From assembly GCA_036172245.1 (NCBI GenBank), contig JAYWIR010000007.1, forward strand, positions 4,030,001-4,094,000: a stretch of 64,000 nucleotides of DNA, in the 5' to 3' direction. Shown here piece by piece: positions 12,401 to 25,434 of the stretch. A program made the position numbers and the translations under genes. This DNA is from Raillietiella orientalis. Its lineage: Eukaryota. The notes under the pieces were generated by a model. It saw nothing but the letters and a program-made list of their open reading frames with translations, did not search any database and was not told where the DNA came from. Position 1 is the first letter of the stretch; every line of letters begins with the position of its first letter.

Positions 12401-15129
12401 GTCGGCCTTGCTGACATGCACCTCCCTGTCCCTCCCTCCCGATTGCCGAGGGCTCTGCTCAGATGGCATGAAAGAGGATCTTGGGTGGGAGCAAGCACGC
12501 CTGGCATTGGGAATGTGCGAGGGGATGGATGTGATCGCTGCTCCTGCGAGACAGGACTGGCAGAAAGCCGTTCCGATTGCGAGCGCACCTCGGGACTGCT
12601 AGCAAGGGAAACTCACCCCCGATCCGAATTCCCGTTATTCTTGAAGGCGGAATTTCTTAATCTTTCATGATGTTCATGATGCGTCAGATAAGGGGAACCA
12701 CCGCGGCTTCCCGTCTCGCTTGGCTGCCGTCTCGGAGGAGGGCACTGTTTCTCGTGAGCGGCACGCCTTGCCACGCTGAAGGCGTTGCTAAGGACGGTCC
12801 AGTCCTGCTGCAAACAGGACGCGAGAGCTGCGTGCAGCCTAGGCGAGCGTGCGGGTGCTAAGTGTCTCCTACACGACCCGCTAGTTTGGGAGTGTTTCAC
12901 GTTACTTCCCCCTCCCCCCTTCCTTTCCTGGAACTCTCTTTTCTTCCTCCGTAATCCCCACTCAACCCGAGTCCGTTTGGGGCAGCTGGTTAAGCTTTAC
13001 ACGTTCAATATGGTCACATGACCTCGTTTCCATAAAGGCGGAACCCACGCCCGAACAATGCTGCAGGCGTTCACTTTGCCTGACGGTCACCAGCATGCAT
13101 TTTCTGCTGCCTCCAAACGGATTGTCCAGTTCCGTCCGTCGACTGTGCGTCGGTCTGTGCACACCCGCGCGTGAGTGCGCGAGTGTGTGGGCTTGAGGGT
13201 GCTTTTGAGGGAGGCTTTCGTTCGCCTCGCGTGAGCAAGCAATAAAGCATCAGCGGTGGGCACCGTGGGCGAGCGAGCGAAAGCGGCGCAGTCAGGACAA
13301 GAGTGATCCCAGCTCCGTCATCCTGGGCATGAAGGGAGTGAACGGGAAGCACATGTTTCTCTCTCAAAGCAAAGAGGTGCGCTCCAGTTTCTTGCTTATC
13401 GCATGCTCCCTTCCCTCCCCCCCCTTTTCCTCCTGTCCCCTCTGACTCTGCCGAATATGACCGGGGGTTTTCTTGGGAGAGAAACAACCACGACGCGAGG
13501 TATGCTTCTGGGCCAACAAGGCGTCTGCTGACCCTGGAGGATCGTCCCTTTCGCTATTCGAAGCAGGGTTGTCCGCGAAGGACTATGGAGTGACCAGTAA
13601 TCGCGAACTCCTTTCTCAGACTCCGTCCTCGCTTTTCAAACAAGCCTGCGTCTTCCTGCGCGCCCTCCTCCTCTTCCTCTTCCCACCCCCCTTCCCTCTT
13701 ACGTTTAGAAAGGCGGGAAAAATTTAGTCCGGTTGCTCTTGTTTTTCCCAAGCACTTCCTTCACCTAGAATTTCGGATTCCACAGGGATATTACTCTGCC
13801 CTGCAAAGTTCTAGGAGGTCCTTAGCCTCTGAGTCGATCAAACCCTTTTCTTTCTGCGTGGAGAAGTATCCGGAAGGCACCCTCCTATTTTCTCTGTACC
13901 GTTCCCCCCCCCCCCCCTTCCTTCAGAGAACTTTAACGCCCGAGGGAGAAGGGAGAGAGGATTAATCAAAAAAAATAAAAAATGAAAATGAAAGAAAAAA
14001 AAAAAAACGGAAGAGAAGAAGAGAGAAAGCAGGACCGTTTTGTTTGCGCAAGCGATGCGGCAGACCAGCAGCGTTGCTGAGAGACCCGCCCCGACCTTTC
14101 TCTGCTGCACCTTCCCGCACGTGAACCGTCCCCCTTACATCTTCTGCCTCGTCGCACTGGCTCCTCCCTCCGCTCCTCCGACCCAACCTGGGGAGATATC
14201 GCTGGCCGTCCGAGAGAGAAGGAAAGGGGTGAGGGAAGGGGGAGGGGGGAGAAGCAGCACTCCTTTCGAGCAACTTCCCTTGGAGGAAGAGGAGGAAGCG
14301 TGTGGGCTCGCGTCATCTGGAACGACGGGACAAGATCGGTCAACCACAGCTCCCTCCCTTTTCCCCTTTTAATAAGGGCCACGGTCTGCATGCAGGGGCC
14401 GAGTAGGCTGGGAGAGGAGGAGCAAATCCCAGTCCCCCTCGTCCTTTCGAGTGGGGAAGAACGGGAAAGGCTTTTCCCGATGTCCTTTGGGTCGCACAAA
14501 AAGTTCCTGTGCGCAGGCTTTGGATTAAGCAGTCCGAGGGACCCCTCCCTTCCAGGAATGGGGGGCCGCACCCGGTTCCCCGATGTAGAGAGGAAGAAAA
14601 GGAACGGGCCAGGGGAGGACCCGCCGCTGCTTTCTCCCCCTTCCCTTCAGACCGCAGACGCGCTGCAGTTCCTTCCTTCTCAGGGCTGACGCTTCGCTCC
14701 GGAATGCTTTCGAGAAAGGATAGCGGCGGCATGATACTGAAGAGAAGAGGGACAGCGCGGAAGGGATCCCGTGCCTTTGTCATCCGGCATCCACCCGTAA
14801 CGGGGCGCCTCAGAGGGGGACGAGAGGGAGAGAGAGGGACGGGTGTGTCACCTCTGCCCTCTTCCCTGTGCTGCCGATTTAGGAACGCCTTCCCATTCCT
14901 GTCCACCCCTTCCCTCCTCTTCCCACTCGCTCAAGGTGGGCGTTGTGTGGACACCGATGCGATCAGGGAAAAGGAGGAGGGGATTGCGTCGCGCTGCTTC
15001 TTGCACCTGTGCCCCCGGTCCCGACGGATGGAGGTGTGGCCTCCTTCCCTTCTCCCCTTCCCTCAACTCCTTCCTTATCTCGTTGCCGGCCTGAAGTTGG
15101 TAGAGGTCGACGGCTTGCCCTCGTGACGT

Positions 15130-15360
15130 TGAGTCCACTGTTCGACGTCCTTGCTCGGGATATACGGGGGAGCTAGGGATGGATGGAGCGGGTGCCGCCT
15201 CCTCTCCACGGAGACCTTCCTGTTCCGAAGGGTGAGAACAGGGGAGCGCACCGTTCGAGTGCCGAGGGGAATGGTGTGCGGGTGCAGGGAGCGGTAGATG
15301 GAGGGCAGACGCGCGCGGGTCTGCCTCCTCAGGACGACCAAATCGTTCTCAGGAGGCAAG
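15130..15360 (-). mobile_element. Possible LTR-retrotransposon integrase core fragment, highly degenerate
   Basis: SIYRSLHPHTIPLGTRTVRSPVL...SLAPPYIPSKDVEQW loosely follows the spacing of the integrase consensus 'f...G.P..i.sD.G..f.s...pYhP.snG.vEr'. Catalytic residues are not preserved. Confidence 0.25.
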
Positions 15361-16626
15361 AGAACGAGGGCTAGGATGAACCCGGAAGTGAGAGGGAGCA
15401 GTCTTCCAGTTATGGTTCTTCCTCTATCGAAGGGAAGGAGGAGGAGAAGGGAGAGGAGAGGAGCAGAGACAGCACCGCACACCGCCCTCCGTGTGTGTCT
15501 ATCGAAACGGGGAAAGCAGGCGGGAGATGCCTGGGGAACCCCTTAGGGAAAGTATCAGGGCAACGCGCGGGAAGAAGGGCATTGCCCCTCTCTTACTTGG
15601 AGACTTGAAGTTCTTGAAGACTTTGAAGTTCTTGAAGAGACCGGTCCCGCTTCCCCGCTAAAGCGGAGCGCAGCCCGCCTTTATCTACTTTCTCGCTTCG
15701 TCCTTGAAGAAAGGGGGGAGGAGGGAGGCGTCCGGACGTGCTGGCCCGTGCCGCTGTCCCTCTGAGAAGAGGAAGGCCAGGATTCTCTGTCGCATTCCTG
15801 ACCTTCGTCCCGTTCGGTCCTCAGGAACCCCGTCCAGCCTGCATTCAACCCATCTTGCCTCCCTTGTACTCCGTAGCCGCACTCTTCCGGGTTTCAGATG
15901 GAACAGTCGGATCAGACGGTGATCCAAGAAAGGCGGTCGGCCGCGGCTCCCAGACCTACCGGGAGGCACTCAAGCCTCCAGTTCAAGAGAGTGGAGCGGC
16001 GTGGGGGAGGGGAGAAAGGGATCGGGGAGAAAAGCGACCCCATACCGGGACTCCTCCTCCCTTTCGCCTCCGAGGGCTCACTCACGTTCTCCTCTCCGAA
16101 TCTTCCGACCCGCGTTCTCCTCTCATCCTCGTCCCCTCTCCAGAGCCTCCCTCATCCGCCACGAGGGAGGCGGTTCGCGCAGTCTACGAGAGATGTCGCT
16201 CCGGATACCAGAATTCGCCGTCGTTCATCCCCCTCCCCTTTTCCCTTCCCGTCACGCGCGCGCGCGAGAGCGCGCGCCCACCCCTTCGTCGTTGGTTCTT
16301 TCTGGGAAGAGCGGGCTCATGGCGACGACGACGAGTCTGGCGGATTCTTGTTACAGTCTCCCCGGAAACCGGGACGCCGAAGCAAGGGAACGTGCTGTTC
16401 CTTTCAAGCTGCTCTCGAAGGAAGCTGGCGCGTAAAGAGAGAGCGAAAGAGAAAGAGGGGAGAAAGGAAAAGGGGTCTTGTCCTAGCTCTCCTTCGATTC
16501 CCATCTTTCTCATGCCTCTCGCAGTACCTCGGGAGGGCACTTCCTCCCTCCCTGAGGCAAGGAAAGGAAGGTAGAAACACGGAAGCAGAGAAGCGCCTCA
16601 CACGGAAACAAGGAAACGCTAATTAC

Positions 16627-17167
16627 CTATTACTGGTACGTCGTAGGCCGATCCGTGAAAGCTGCGGTGGGTGTTGGCGACGGCCTTCTTCGTGGAGGGG
16701 CGGAACTCCTGGAGGGCGAACGCGGAGCCGTTCTTCTTCGGCTTCTTTCTCGGCTGCTGCCCGTTCCCGGGCGAGGCGGACGCCCTCGTTCCTTGCAGCA
16801 TGGCCAGCACGGCGTCCTTGTCGAGGACCTCCCCGGCAACGACGCTTTGGCGGCGGAAGCCGGGGGGCTCCAAGGGCAGCTCTCTTCCTCTGTCGCGGTA
16901 CCCAAGGTCGCCGTTCCCCCGCTTCCCGAGGTAGAGGGACGTTTCCCGGAAGTCCCTGGCAGCCGTGTCGGAGGATGTCTTGGCTTCCTGGTCGTCCCGG
17001 ATGCGGGCCCAAACTTGCTGTTCCTCTTCGGAGGAGTCCTGGAGGGAGTAAGAGGAGTCCTGCTCCGATAGCTGCCGCGTCCCGGAGGAGACGGCGGCAG
17101 CGCAGAAGAGCACCGCCGCTGCCGCCAGCAGCGTGGCCCCGGCAACGGCACTGCGGAAGGCGCACAT
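16627..17167 (-). CDS. jeb: Jelly belly (Jeb)-like secreted ALK ligand, first coding exon (signal peptide plus pro-region, 180 codons + 1 nt)
   Basis: ATG at 17167 in good Kozak context (gaaccATG). Hydrophobic signal-peptide-like N-terminus MCAFRSAVAGATLLAAAAVLFCAAAVSS. The frame is open to ...GSAYDVPVI-G, then a GTAATT donor (phase 1). YDVPVI resembles the YDVPQI motif that precedes the LDLa domain in arthropod Jeb proteins (recalled, not searched). Confidence 0.85.
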
Positions 17168-17258
17168 GGTTCCTCGCGTCCAGGGGGTATGGGGCTTCGT
17201 GCTCCTTCTTGCGCGTACTGCGTGCGTGCGTATGCGTGTGCGTAGGGAGGGGCAAGCT

Positions 17259-17932
17259 GGAGGAGGAGGAGGAGGAGGAGGAGGAAGAGGAGGAAGAGGA
17301 CGTTCGATCTCACAGTCCGTCGAAGAACCGAACGAGGAGGAGGAGGAGGAAGGGAACAAAAAGAACGCAGAAGAGCAACCTGTCTGAGCAAGAAGATCGA
17401 CGCTTCGGGAAGAAACCGGAGTCTTCCTGGGTGCCTCTGGGAGCAAGCAGTCTCCGTCTCCACATAAGGGGCGTCACGGGGAGGTCCCGGTTGCGTTCTC
17501 GGGAAGTCGAGGTGCGAGGAGAGTGGTCAGCAGCAGCAGCAGCAGCAACACGGGCATCCGCTCTTGGGTACTCGGGACGACGAGGCCTTCCCCTTCGCAG
17601 CAACGACTTTCATACTCTACCGAAGGAGCACCCGCAGAAGAAAGGGGAGGGGAAAAGGGGAGGGAAGGCCCTGATGTGTCCTTGGCGTGAGTCACTCGCC
17701 ACCGGAGTTTGCCACCACCACTGGGTATCAGCAGCGGGAGAGGTGCACTTCCGCGTGGGCCGCTCCGGCGAATGTGGTCTTCCGGAAGCTGGGATGTCTC
17801 TGTTGCTTCTGCTGCTGCTGCTGCTGGCAGGCAAGATTTTCCATCCAGGAGGTGGGAAGAATGGAGGGAGAGAGGTCGAGAGAGAGAGAAGGAGGAGGAG
17901 GAGGTCAATGGTATGGTGGTGGTGGTGGTGGG
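17259..17932. repeat. Cluster of trinucleotide microsatellites upstream of the jeb ATG: (GGA)n ~17259-17299, (CAG)n ~17528-17546, (CTG)n ~17809-17826, (GGT)n ~17915-17930
   Basis: Read directly from the sequence. They lie in the presumptive 5' UTR or promoter of the jeb-like gene. Confidence 0.85.
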
Positions 17933-20900
17933 TCTGAGGGAGGGGGGAGCGCGCGGAACGACGCCGGCGGAGGGGGGAGCGGGGACGGGCAAGGCGGCGA
18001 AAGTCGACCGGAGGAGCGCTTGCGGGAGAGAGAAAGAGAGAGGGAGAGAGGAGTGTGTTTGTGTGTGGGGAGGGAGGGGGGTCTGGACTGGACTGGGGCG
18101 GGGGGGGGGAGAAGGGAAGGAAGATGCAGCTTCCCTTTCGGCGAGGAGCACTCGGAGGTTTGCCCAGTCCTATCCGGCCGGCAAACCCGCACGCACTAAG
18201 CCACTGCAATGACCATTCTCAGGAAACTATTTCGTGCCACCCACGCAGCTCGCTTCGGCTGCTGTTGCCGCCGCCGCTGCCTGCCAGCCTTCTCCAACCC
18301 CCTCCTCACGGAAGTTCCGCCTGGCAGGAGCGATCCTCCTCCATCGCGAAGCATCATCTCCCCGCGTGTTTCGACCTGGATCAAACCTCTCTCCTCGCGG
18401 TTTCGTCATGCGCGCCACCGCTGCCCGCCGCGCGCGCGATTTGCGTCAAGGAGGGAACTTTCCATCTCGATGCGCGCTTCCCCCTGCGGACGCAGAGAGA
18501 GAGGGAGAGAGCGGACGCGCACGAAAGGAGGGGAGAACGCGCGTGCTCCCCGCGCACGCCGTTTTTCTTCTTCTCTCCAAGGGGAACCAGGGGCACCGGA
18601 CCGAGCCTTCCTTAGGACCCGCGACGAGCGCGCGGTGCGTCATCGTCGTCCCTCATATCCCCACCATCCCCCCAAGTTCCCACCTCCTCCCCCCTATGCC
18701 CCTCTTGCCCTCGGGAGAGAGCAAGAAGGGAAGTAAAAGGGAGAAACCAAGCGGAGGGAGTAGGAAGATGGGCGCTGCCACCCGCAGCCCTCCGTGGCCG
18801 ACGCCCGACCCCATCCCTCCTCTGCTCGTCGCTGCTCTCGTTTGCCGCCTTCGGCTCGTTGCTGGGGCCGCCAAAGACGGGAGGGGGCAACCGGGAGACG
18901 CCATCTGTCGAATTTTTCCTGCCTCTCCCCGTCCCCCTCGGGTCTCCGTGCTCTCTGCTCCGTCCAAAGGGCGCCGCTGCCGCTTCATTTCTCCGATTCC
19001 CGCTATATCCTCCCTCCTTTACCCCCGGAAACGGGAAGCTAGGCGAAGGAACACTCACCCGTTCGGAACATGGATAGGAGTGCCAGACCCCCTTCGAACT
19101 GAAGGAAGAGGGGAGAGAGGCGCTTTCTTCCGGGAGAAGACGGCGGCGACCCTTTTAATTCCCCCTGGAACTCCTCTACAAAGACCTCGAGGAAGAGGAA
19201 CATTCTAGTGGTGAAATTGCTCGGAGGGGACCGGGAACAGATCGACAGATTCCTCGCCTCCCCCCTCCCTCCCTCGCTCTCTCTTTCTCCAAGAGGGACT
19301 CCTCCGGGAAGACTCCGAGGAGATTACTGCCGGGAGTTCTTCCTCTCTCGGAGGAGAGCCCGCCCCGCGCAGGTCGGGAAGTACTCCCGGGATAGCAACA
19401 GTTGTACCGGCTCTTGGAGAGTCCTCGCAATCAGTGAGGGATGGCGGGCGCGCCCGCATCGGGGAGCAAGGTTTTCCCCAGTTTATCCCGTCGGAGAGCG
19501 CCCGAGAGCGTCCCGGAACACGCGGCGGGTCATCCGAGAGTGACACCGCTTTTCCGGTCCGGGAATTTTTCCCGAGCCGAGACGGTCGCGGTCCCGGCGG
19601 ACAAGGGAGGGAAGGGGACGGGACTAGCTCGCAGGGACCCTCTGGGTTTTCATCCTCTTCCCTCCTTCTGTTCTCCGCTCCTGTGACAGGCGAAGGGGCG
19701 GAACAGGCACCTCCCCGTTAGTCGGCGCCCTCGTCGTCCGGGAGAAAGGTGAACGCTCTTGAGCTTCCAACTCCTCTCGAGAGAGGGGAGAAGAAGAGGG
19801 AGGCACGCGGAGGTTCCGGGAGCACTACTGGGAAGATGGGGGGGGGGGGATGGACACCCTCCGAACTCCACGTCTTCCCTCCTCGCTAAACACAGGGGCA
19901 GGGAGGGCGGAGGTTCCCGCGCAGCCCGCCTACGTCCCATCGGCAGGGACCACAGGCAGGAGGAAGACTGTCACCAGGGCAAGGAGGGACTTCGACAGGC
20001 ATCGTCTCTCTCCTCCCTCCCCTCATCCTCCCCACTCTCTCTCCTTTCGGGAAAGAGAAGAGGAAGTTCCGTGCGTCGGGGGGCGCGCCCCGGAGTCGCA
20101 GCGATTACGGCGATACCGATCTTGTGCGTCACGCTGACGTCACAGAGCGGGAGCCACGTCCGTCGCTCTCTTGAAGCGACCGCATTGCGACCTTCCTCCT
20201 CGCAAGCGAAGAGGCCCCCGGAGGCTTCCTTGTCGGTGCTCCCAAGGCGCGATGACGCGCGGATGATGAGGCTGCAGGCTTTGGTGCTGGGCGACCAGGG
20301 GGAGAGGGGATGGAAACGGGGGGGGAGGAGGAGTAGTCTCTTCCGAGGCAGCAGGGGCGATCTCCTGGGGGAGGATGGAGAGCATCGCCCCTCCGAGTCG
20401 GGGCTCGACCCCCGCCCTTTCCCATCGACGGAGCACAGCTGTTCCGCCACTAGTCAGTTCCAAGAGGTGGAACGTGAAAGTGAAGGTGGGTAGGTGTGGG
20501 GAGGGGGGAGGAAGTGAAAGGAAGCGTGCACGGATTCCCCCATTTCAACTTACGGAAAAGGAAGAAGAGGAGTTCGGGATCATTGGCGCCTCAGGGGTCT
20601 CTACTGGAGCTCTTCCATGTCCTCCTTCGGAGAGAAAGGAAAGGGCGGAGCGAATGGGACCGTGGGTGGGAGAGAGGGGGCGACAGCAGTGGTCCTCTAA
20701 CATCGCTGCTCCCACTGTCAGCAGGGATTCCAGGAAGGCGTCGAGAAGGGGGTCACGCTGCGTGCCAGACGTAGCCATCTTCCCTTCCGGTAACGCAAGG
20801 CGCACCCTACTTGGGAGACAAGGGAGGGGAGGAGGGTACAGCGAGAGTCCTCCAGAAAGATCTTTGACGCGAAACCGGGAACGAGGGACCGCGCGCGCGC

Positions 20901-23900
20901 GCCCTCTCTCCCCTTCCTCTTCGCAGATCCAGGAAACACCCGAAAGAACACTCGCTGACTCTTCTCGAAACTCGAAGGGAGAACCGGGTCGTCGGGAACA
21001 GCGAGGCCTTTGGTCGGGAATACCGAGAGGGAACAGGGGGAATAAGATAGGAAATAAAGCCACCAGAAAGGATAACGAGGCTCGCTCCTGGGAAGCGGGG
21101 ATGCTCCCAGGTACCCCTCCCCTGGCTCGAAGGGGTGGGGAAAATAAGGGAGATACGAAATCGGTTTGAACGGGCTTCTCCCTTTCCGGAAACGGTGAGG
21201 CCACGTGAGAAGACCCAGCCGGAATTCCTTATAGGAGGGGATCCACTAGGGAGGAGGAGGAGGGCGGACCCCTGACTCTGTTCAGAATCAGGGCAAAGAC
21301 GACCCCTCTCTTCCCTTGAGTCTTCCTGGGGTTCCGTCTGGGAGTGAGAGGGGTGTCGATGGGGGCCGCGCGGCGCAGGGAACACAGGAGGAGGAGGGTA
21401 GTTCGAAGAGCTGAGAACCCCCCTCGTTTCTCGTATCCCCAGGCGTCCAAGTATGAGTACGATGAAACGACGGCGAGAAGGGCGTGCGCGCTCCCCGCCC
21501 GTATCTGAGGCCGGCGCACGCGGCAGGCTGCGGCCAGCTTGTGGAGGGGGAGGGAAGAAGAGGCACGAGATCCCCCCCCTTCTCTCTCTCTCTCTCGGGC
21601 GCTGACGCCGGAGGGCCGCCCATCCCGCCTGCTCCCGCCATTCCTACCCGCTCCTGCATCCGGCGGAAATTCTGCGGCTCTCATCCTCTGCTTAGGCGGA
21701 AAGGGCAGACCCTGTCTGTCGAAATCCAAGTCCCCCGGGAGACTCCCCGCTTCGCGCCCCTCCTTCCATACCCATCCTTTCCCCGAGCGGTCCGCCAAGG
21801 TTGTCCCGGAAAAGGAGCCTTGGCCTTTTCCATCGACAGGCAAAGAAGGCAGACGCGCCGCCCGCTCTCCGAGAGTTCTCCGACAGAATCCCCTCCCTCC
21901 CCCTCCTTCCGAAGGAGCGGTGGAGGTCACCGGGAGTCTCCCCCCGACCGCGCGCGCGTTTACGCGAGAAAGGAAAGGGAGAAGAGTTTGAAGAGGGGGA
22001 GGGGGGGAGGTTGAGACGAGCCGATGCCTAAAGGGCACGCGCGTATCTGGGTCGGGTGCCGGATCACCGACCTCTCCGCAAGTTCTCCGGCGGCCGGAAG
22101 CGCGCGGCTCGACACATCCGTCTAGTCGAGAGACGGCCAGCATCCGGAACTTCCCGCGAGCCGCGCTGAGAGGAACAGGAGGCAGCTTCGGTCGGAGCCT
22201 GCGGCCAGGATGGGGCTAGGGGGCTTCGGGCAACAATGACGTTTGCGGCGTTGTCGGGGATCCCGTTGCTGATTGAGGCATGGTTGCCAGTGCGACCAGC
22301 TCGTCGATGGCGGCGCTTTGAGCGTGCTCTCCTTCGACAGCCCGCGTTTGCAGGCATCCACGTCCGTGGGAGGAGGGGAGGGGGAGAAGGAAGGAGAATT
22401 TCCCATTTCCCGATCCGAAAGGCACGGGAGAAGGAGGGGGGAGATCTGCTGCACCCGTCGGGGTCCGGGAAAGAGGGGCTGTGCATTTGCTCTGCGAGGG
22501 GATAGCTTCCGCTGCTCTGATTCTGCCCGGAGAGAAGTCGGGCGCCCCCCCGAAGATGCTGGTTCCTTGCCTCCTGCGCCTCACGAAGGCACGGAAGACA
22601 GAGCGTAAGTCCGCGTCAGGCAATGGGAAAGACCCAAGCATACCTATCGCATCCCCTCTTCCCGAAACTCGCGAACCGGGCTCCGATGGTGGCAGTCCTG
22701 GGGCCAGGGTGCCATCGAGGAGGGAGTGGAGTGGAACGGGGCTGCGGAAAGAACTGCGAAACGTAGAGGGGAGGGGGAGAGGGGAAGAAGAAGAAGAGAC
22801 TTGCACCCTTCTCCCCCTTCCCCTTCGTCCCAGCATGGGTCACTTCCGGGGGAAGAAGCCAAAAAGGGAAAAAAGCGCCCCGCTCCTCCCGTCCTGCTTC
22901 CCCTCCCTCCCTCCCTTCTCTGCGCGGCAAGGCGGCGGCGGAGTCCCGACCTTTCGGGAAACCCTGGAAGCCGGAAGGATTCCACGGAGTCGATAACGAC
23001 GGGTTCGCGCGGTCGCCTCTCCCGACAGGGAACAGAGGTGATTTTCGACATAAATTCTCCGCGGCTTACGTTCCCGGAAGGATATTTGGAATTCGGGAGC
23101 GTGTTTTTCCCTTTTACGTCTTCCCGGAACAATCTCGTTTCCCCTTAAACACTCATCATCCAGATCAGGAACGATCATTTTTTATACACCTACATCCTCG
23201 CCTCCTAACCCCCCCCCCCTTTTTTTTTCTTTCCCTCCCTTCCAGGAGAATTTTCTCGGGATGTTTCTTCTTCTTCCCGAGGATTGGGGATTCCACGCGA
23301 TGCGTCCCTCGGCAATCGATAGCTCCAGCCCGGAGATGGAGCGACGTCTCCCGTGACGCGTCGCGGGACTCTCCTCCAATGGTGAGCTTCCCCGAGAGAA
23401 GGACGCGGAGGAAGAAGGAGGAGGGGGGAGGCGGTGAGAGGAGTGGGAAGCAGCCTCCTGTTTGTTCCAGCCGGGATCTCCGATAGCAGCGTGGTGACGA
23501 GCGCGGGCTTCCCCCACTCGCGACTCCCTATTTGCCAGGCGGATGTTTGGGAGGTGGAGATTAGCGGTGCTTGACGAAAACAGGAGCTGAGCTGGGCGCC
23601 GCGCTTCCACCAGGTCGCGTCCCGGTGGGCGGGAGCGAACGACTTCCGCGTGGGGTGACAGGGAGGAAGGCCAGCAGACGTCTACCGCGGTCTCCTCCTC
23701 GCGCGGGAGCACTCCGATCGGCTCCTCCCCTCCAGGGAGGGAGGGGCGACCGTGGGTGCTCCCCGAGGAAGGAACTACGACCGAGGAAGCTCCTGAAACA
23801 TTCCCGGCTCGTTCGCTTGACCCCGTCGTTTCCCACTTCTCGCCTGCGTCTCCCGGGCGACGGAGTCTCCCTAGCCTGGAGGCGCGAGTCGCTCCACGTA

Positions 23901-25434
23901 CTGGCGAAGGGAGCAGGAAGATCGCGCGGGCTCTTTAGCCACTCCGCGCCCCATCCTTGAGGAACTCGCGACCTCCACGAAATGGAGGGGTGGCAACTGG
24001 GAAGACTGAATCATCTTCTTGGAGATCCATCTTCAGGCGTCCAACGGCGCGCTGGACCTCCCCTTCCCCCATCGATCGAGCACCGGGGCAGGAAAATATC
24101 TTGGGAGCAGGCGCTCTCCCTGGAGTTCCGGAAGTCCATTCCTCACCTCAAGTCCCCGCTTCCGGGAATTTCCTCCCCTCTTCCCTCTGCTCTCCCGGCT
24201 GCCGGTCACCAGGGGATGCTCATCCCGACACGCCTTGGGAGACCTCGAGTGTGAGCGCGCGCGACGCGGACCGAGAAGGGTCCGGGTAGGGGGGGGGGGA
24301 GAGAGGAAGACGCACCCTGACTTCGGGTGCAGCTTCCAGTACTTTGGGATGGGACTGATCCTTCCGACCACACTGAAGTCTGCTGCCCAAGCGTCCCTGC
24401 ATTTTCCCCTAGCCCCCCGGCTTCCGACCGTTTGCACCTTGCGGCAGGATGGAGGCTGCCAGAGAGGGGAGGCTCCTGGCTGGTGAGCTCGCCAACGGAG
24501 CTCCGGAGCTCCCTTGCCCGCGGACAGCCTCGAGCGTGCCCTGGCCCCAGCCCCGGGAGAGGGTGGGGAGAGCCGGTCTTTCCGCCTCTTCTCGCGAGGG
24601 AGAGCGCATCGGTCTGCCCCTACCGGCGAGTGGCACTGCTCGAGTAGCAGTTGTCGCCACCTGAGAGTCGAGGAGGGGTCCTCTGAGACCATTCTCGAGG
24701 AGTGAGCCATTTCATGGACATGCATCTGCGTCTCTCCCTCCCTCCTTCCTCCTTGCCTTCCTCCTCCTCTTCCGCTGCGACCTGGCCCCTGATCAGAGCA
24801 GAAAGGGCTCTCAGTGCAGTTTTCCTCGGAGCCACTGCCCGACCGCCCGATGACCCGAAGTTCGGCGCGTCGATCCCCCTTTCCCTCCCTTCCTTCGGGG
24901 GTGGCAGTCCCAAAGAAAGGGAAGGATCCCTCCCGTGGTTCCTTTGCTGCTCCCTGCTTCCTTCCAGCTTTGCTTTTTCCTCGGGTTTCTTGGCCGAGCA
25001 CCTAAGCGGCGCCGCTTCACTTCGCGGGGGAGGAGTTGTGATAGGCGCCGGAGCAGTTTGACAGCGCCGCCACATGCGGGGCCTCGCGTGGCTCTTCTGC
25101 TCTCCCGCCCCCGAAGTGCACGGAGGCGAGCGGGGAGGGGAGTCTCCGCTGGGACCACCTCTGACCTCTCGGCAGGCCGTCCGGGACACCGCGGAGGCGA
25201 GCGATCGCGTCCCACGGATGCACGCCCAAAGCTCGGGAGCGGCCGTCCCGGAGGCGCCACCGTGCGGCGGGGGGCGCGAGACCCAAGGCACGCGCGGCGG
25301 TGCCAATGTGGACGAATTCCAGGGAACGCTGCGCCTCTGCCATGGAAGTCTTCGTTACCGTGGCACGACGGTTCCTGCCTCTTCTTGACTATGGGAAGGC
25401 GTTACTTCGTTTCGCGCCTACCTTCCTCGCCTCC

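Larger units (their letters stand above)
3124..16626 (-). other. Phase-1 GT-AG intron (~13.5 kb) of the jeb-like gene
   Basis: Begins GTAATT at 16626 and ends CAG at 3124. Joining the flanks gives an in-frame, family-typical YDVPVIECP sequence with no need for an intervening exon. Confidence 0.8.

Noticed and set aside
15601..15640. ~18-bp tandem duplication (agacttgaagttcttga twice, with one extra t)
   Set aside because: Real but a trivial slippage product with no sign of function.
15898..17937. 679-aa plus-strand ORF, the longest in the track
   Set aside because: Low-complexity R/G/S/E/W runs come from microsatellites, there is no recognisable domain, and it is antisense to the real jeb exon.
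3145..25397. Exact 15-mer tcttgactatgggaa at 3145 and 25383
   Set aside because: A few exact 15-mer matches are expected by chance in 64 kb, and the flanks do not align.
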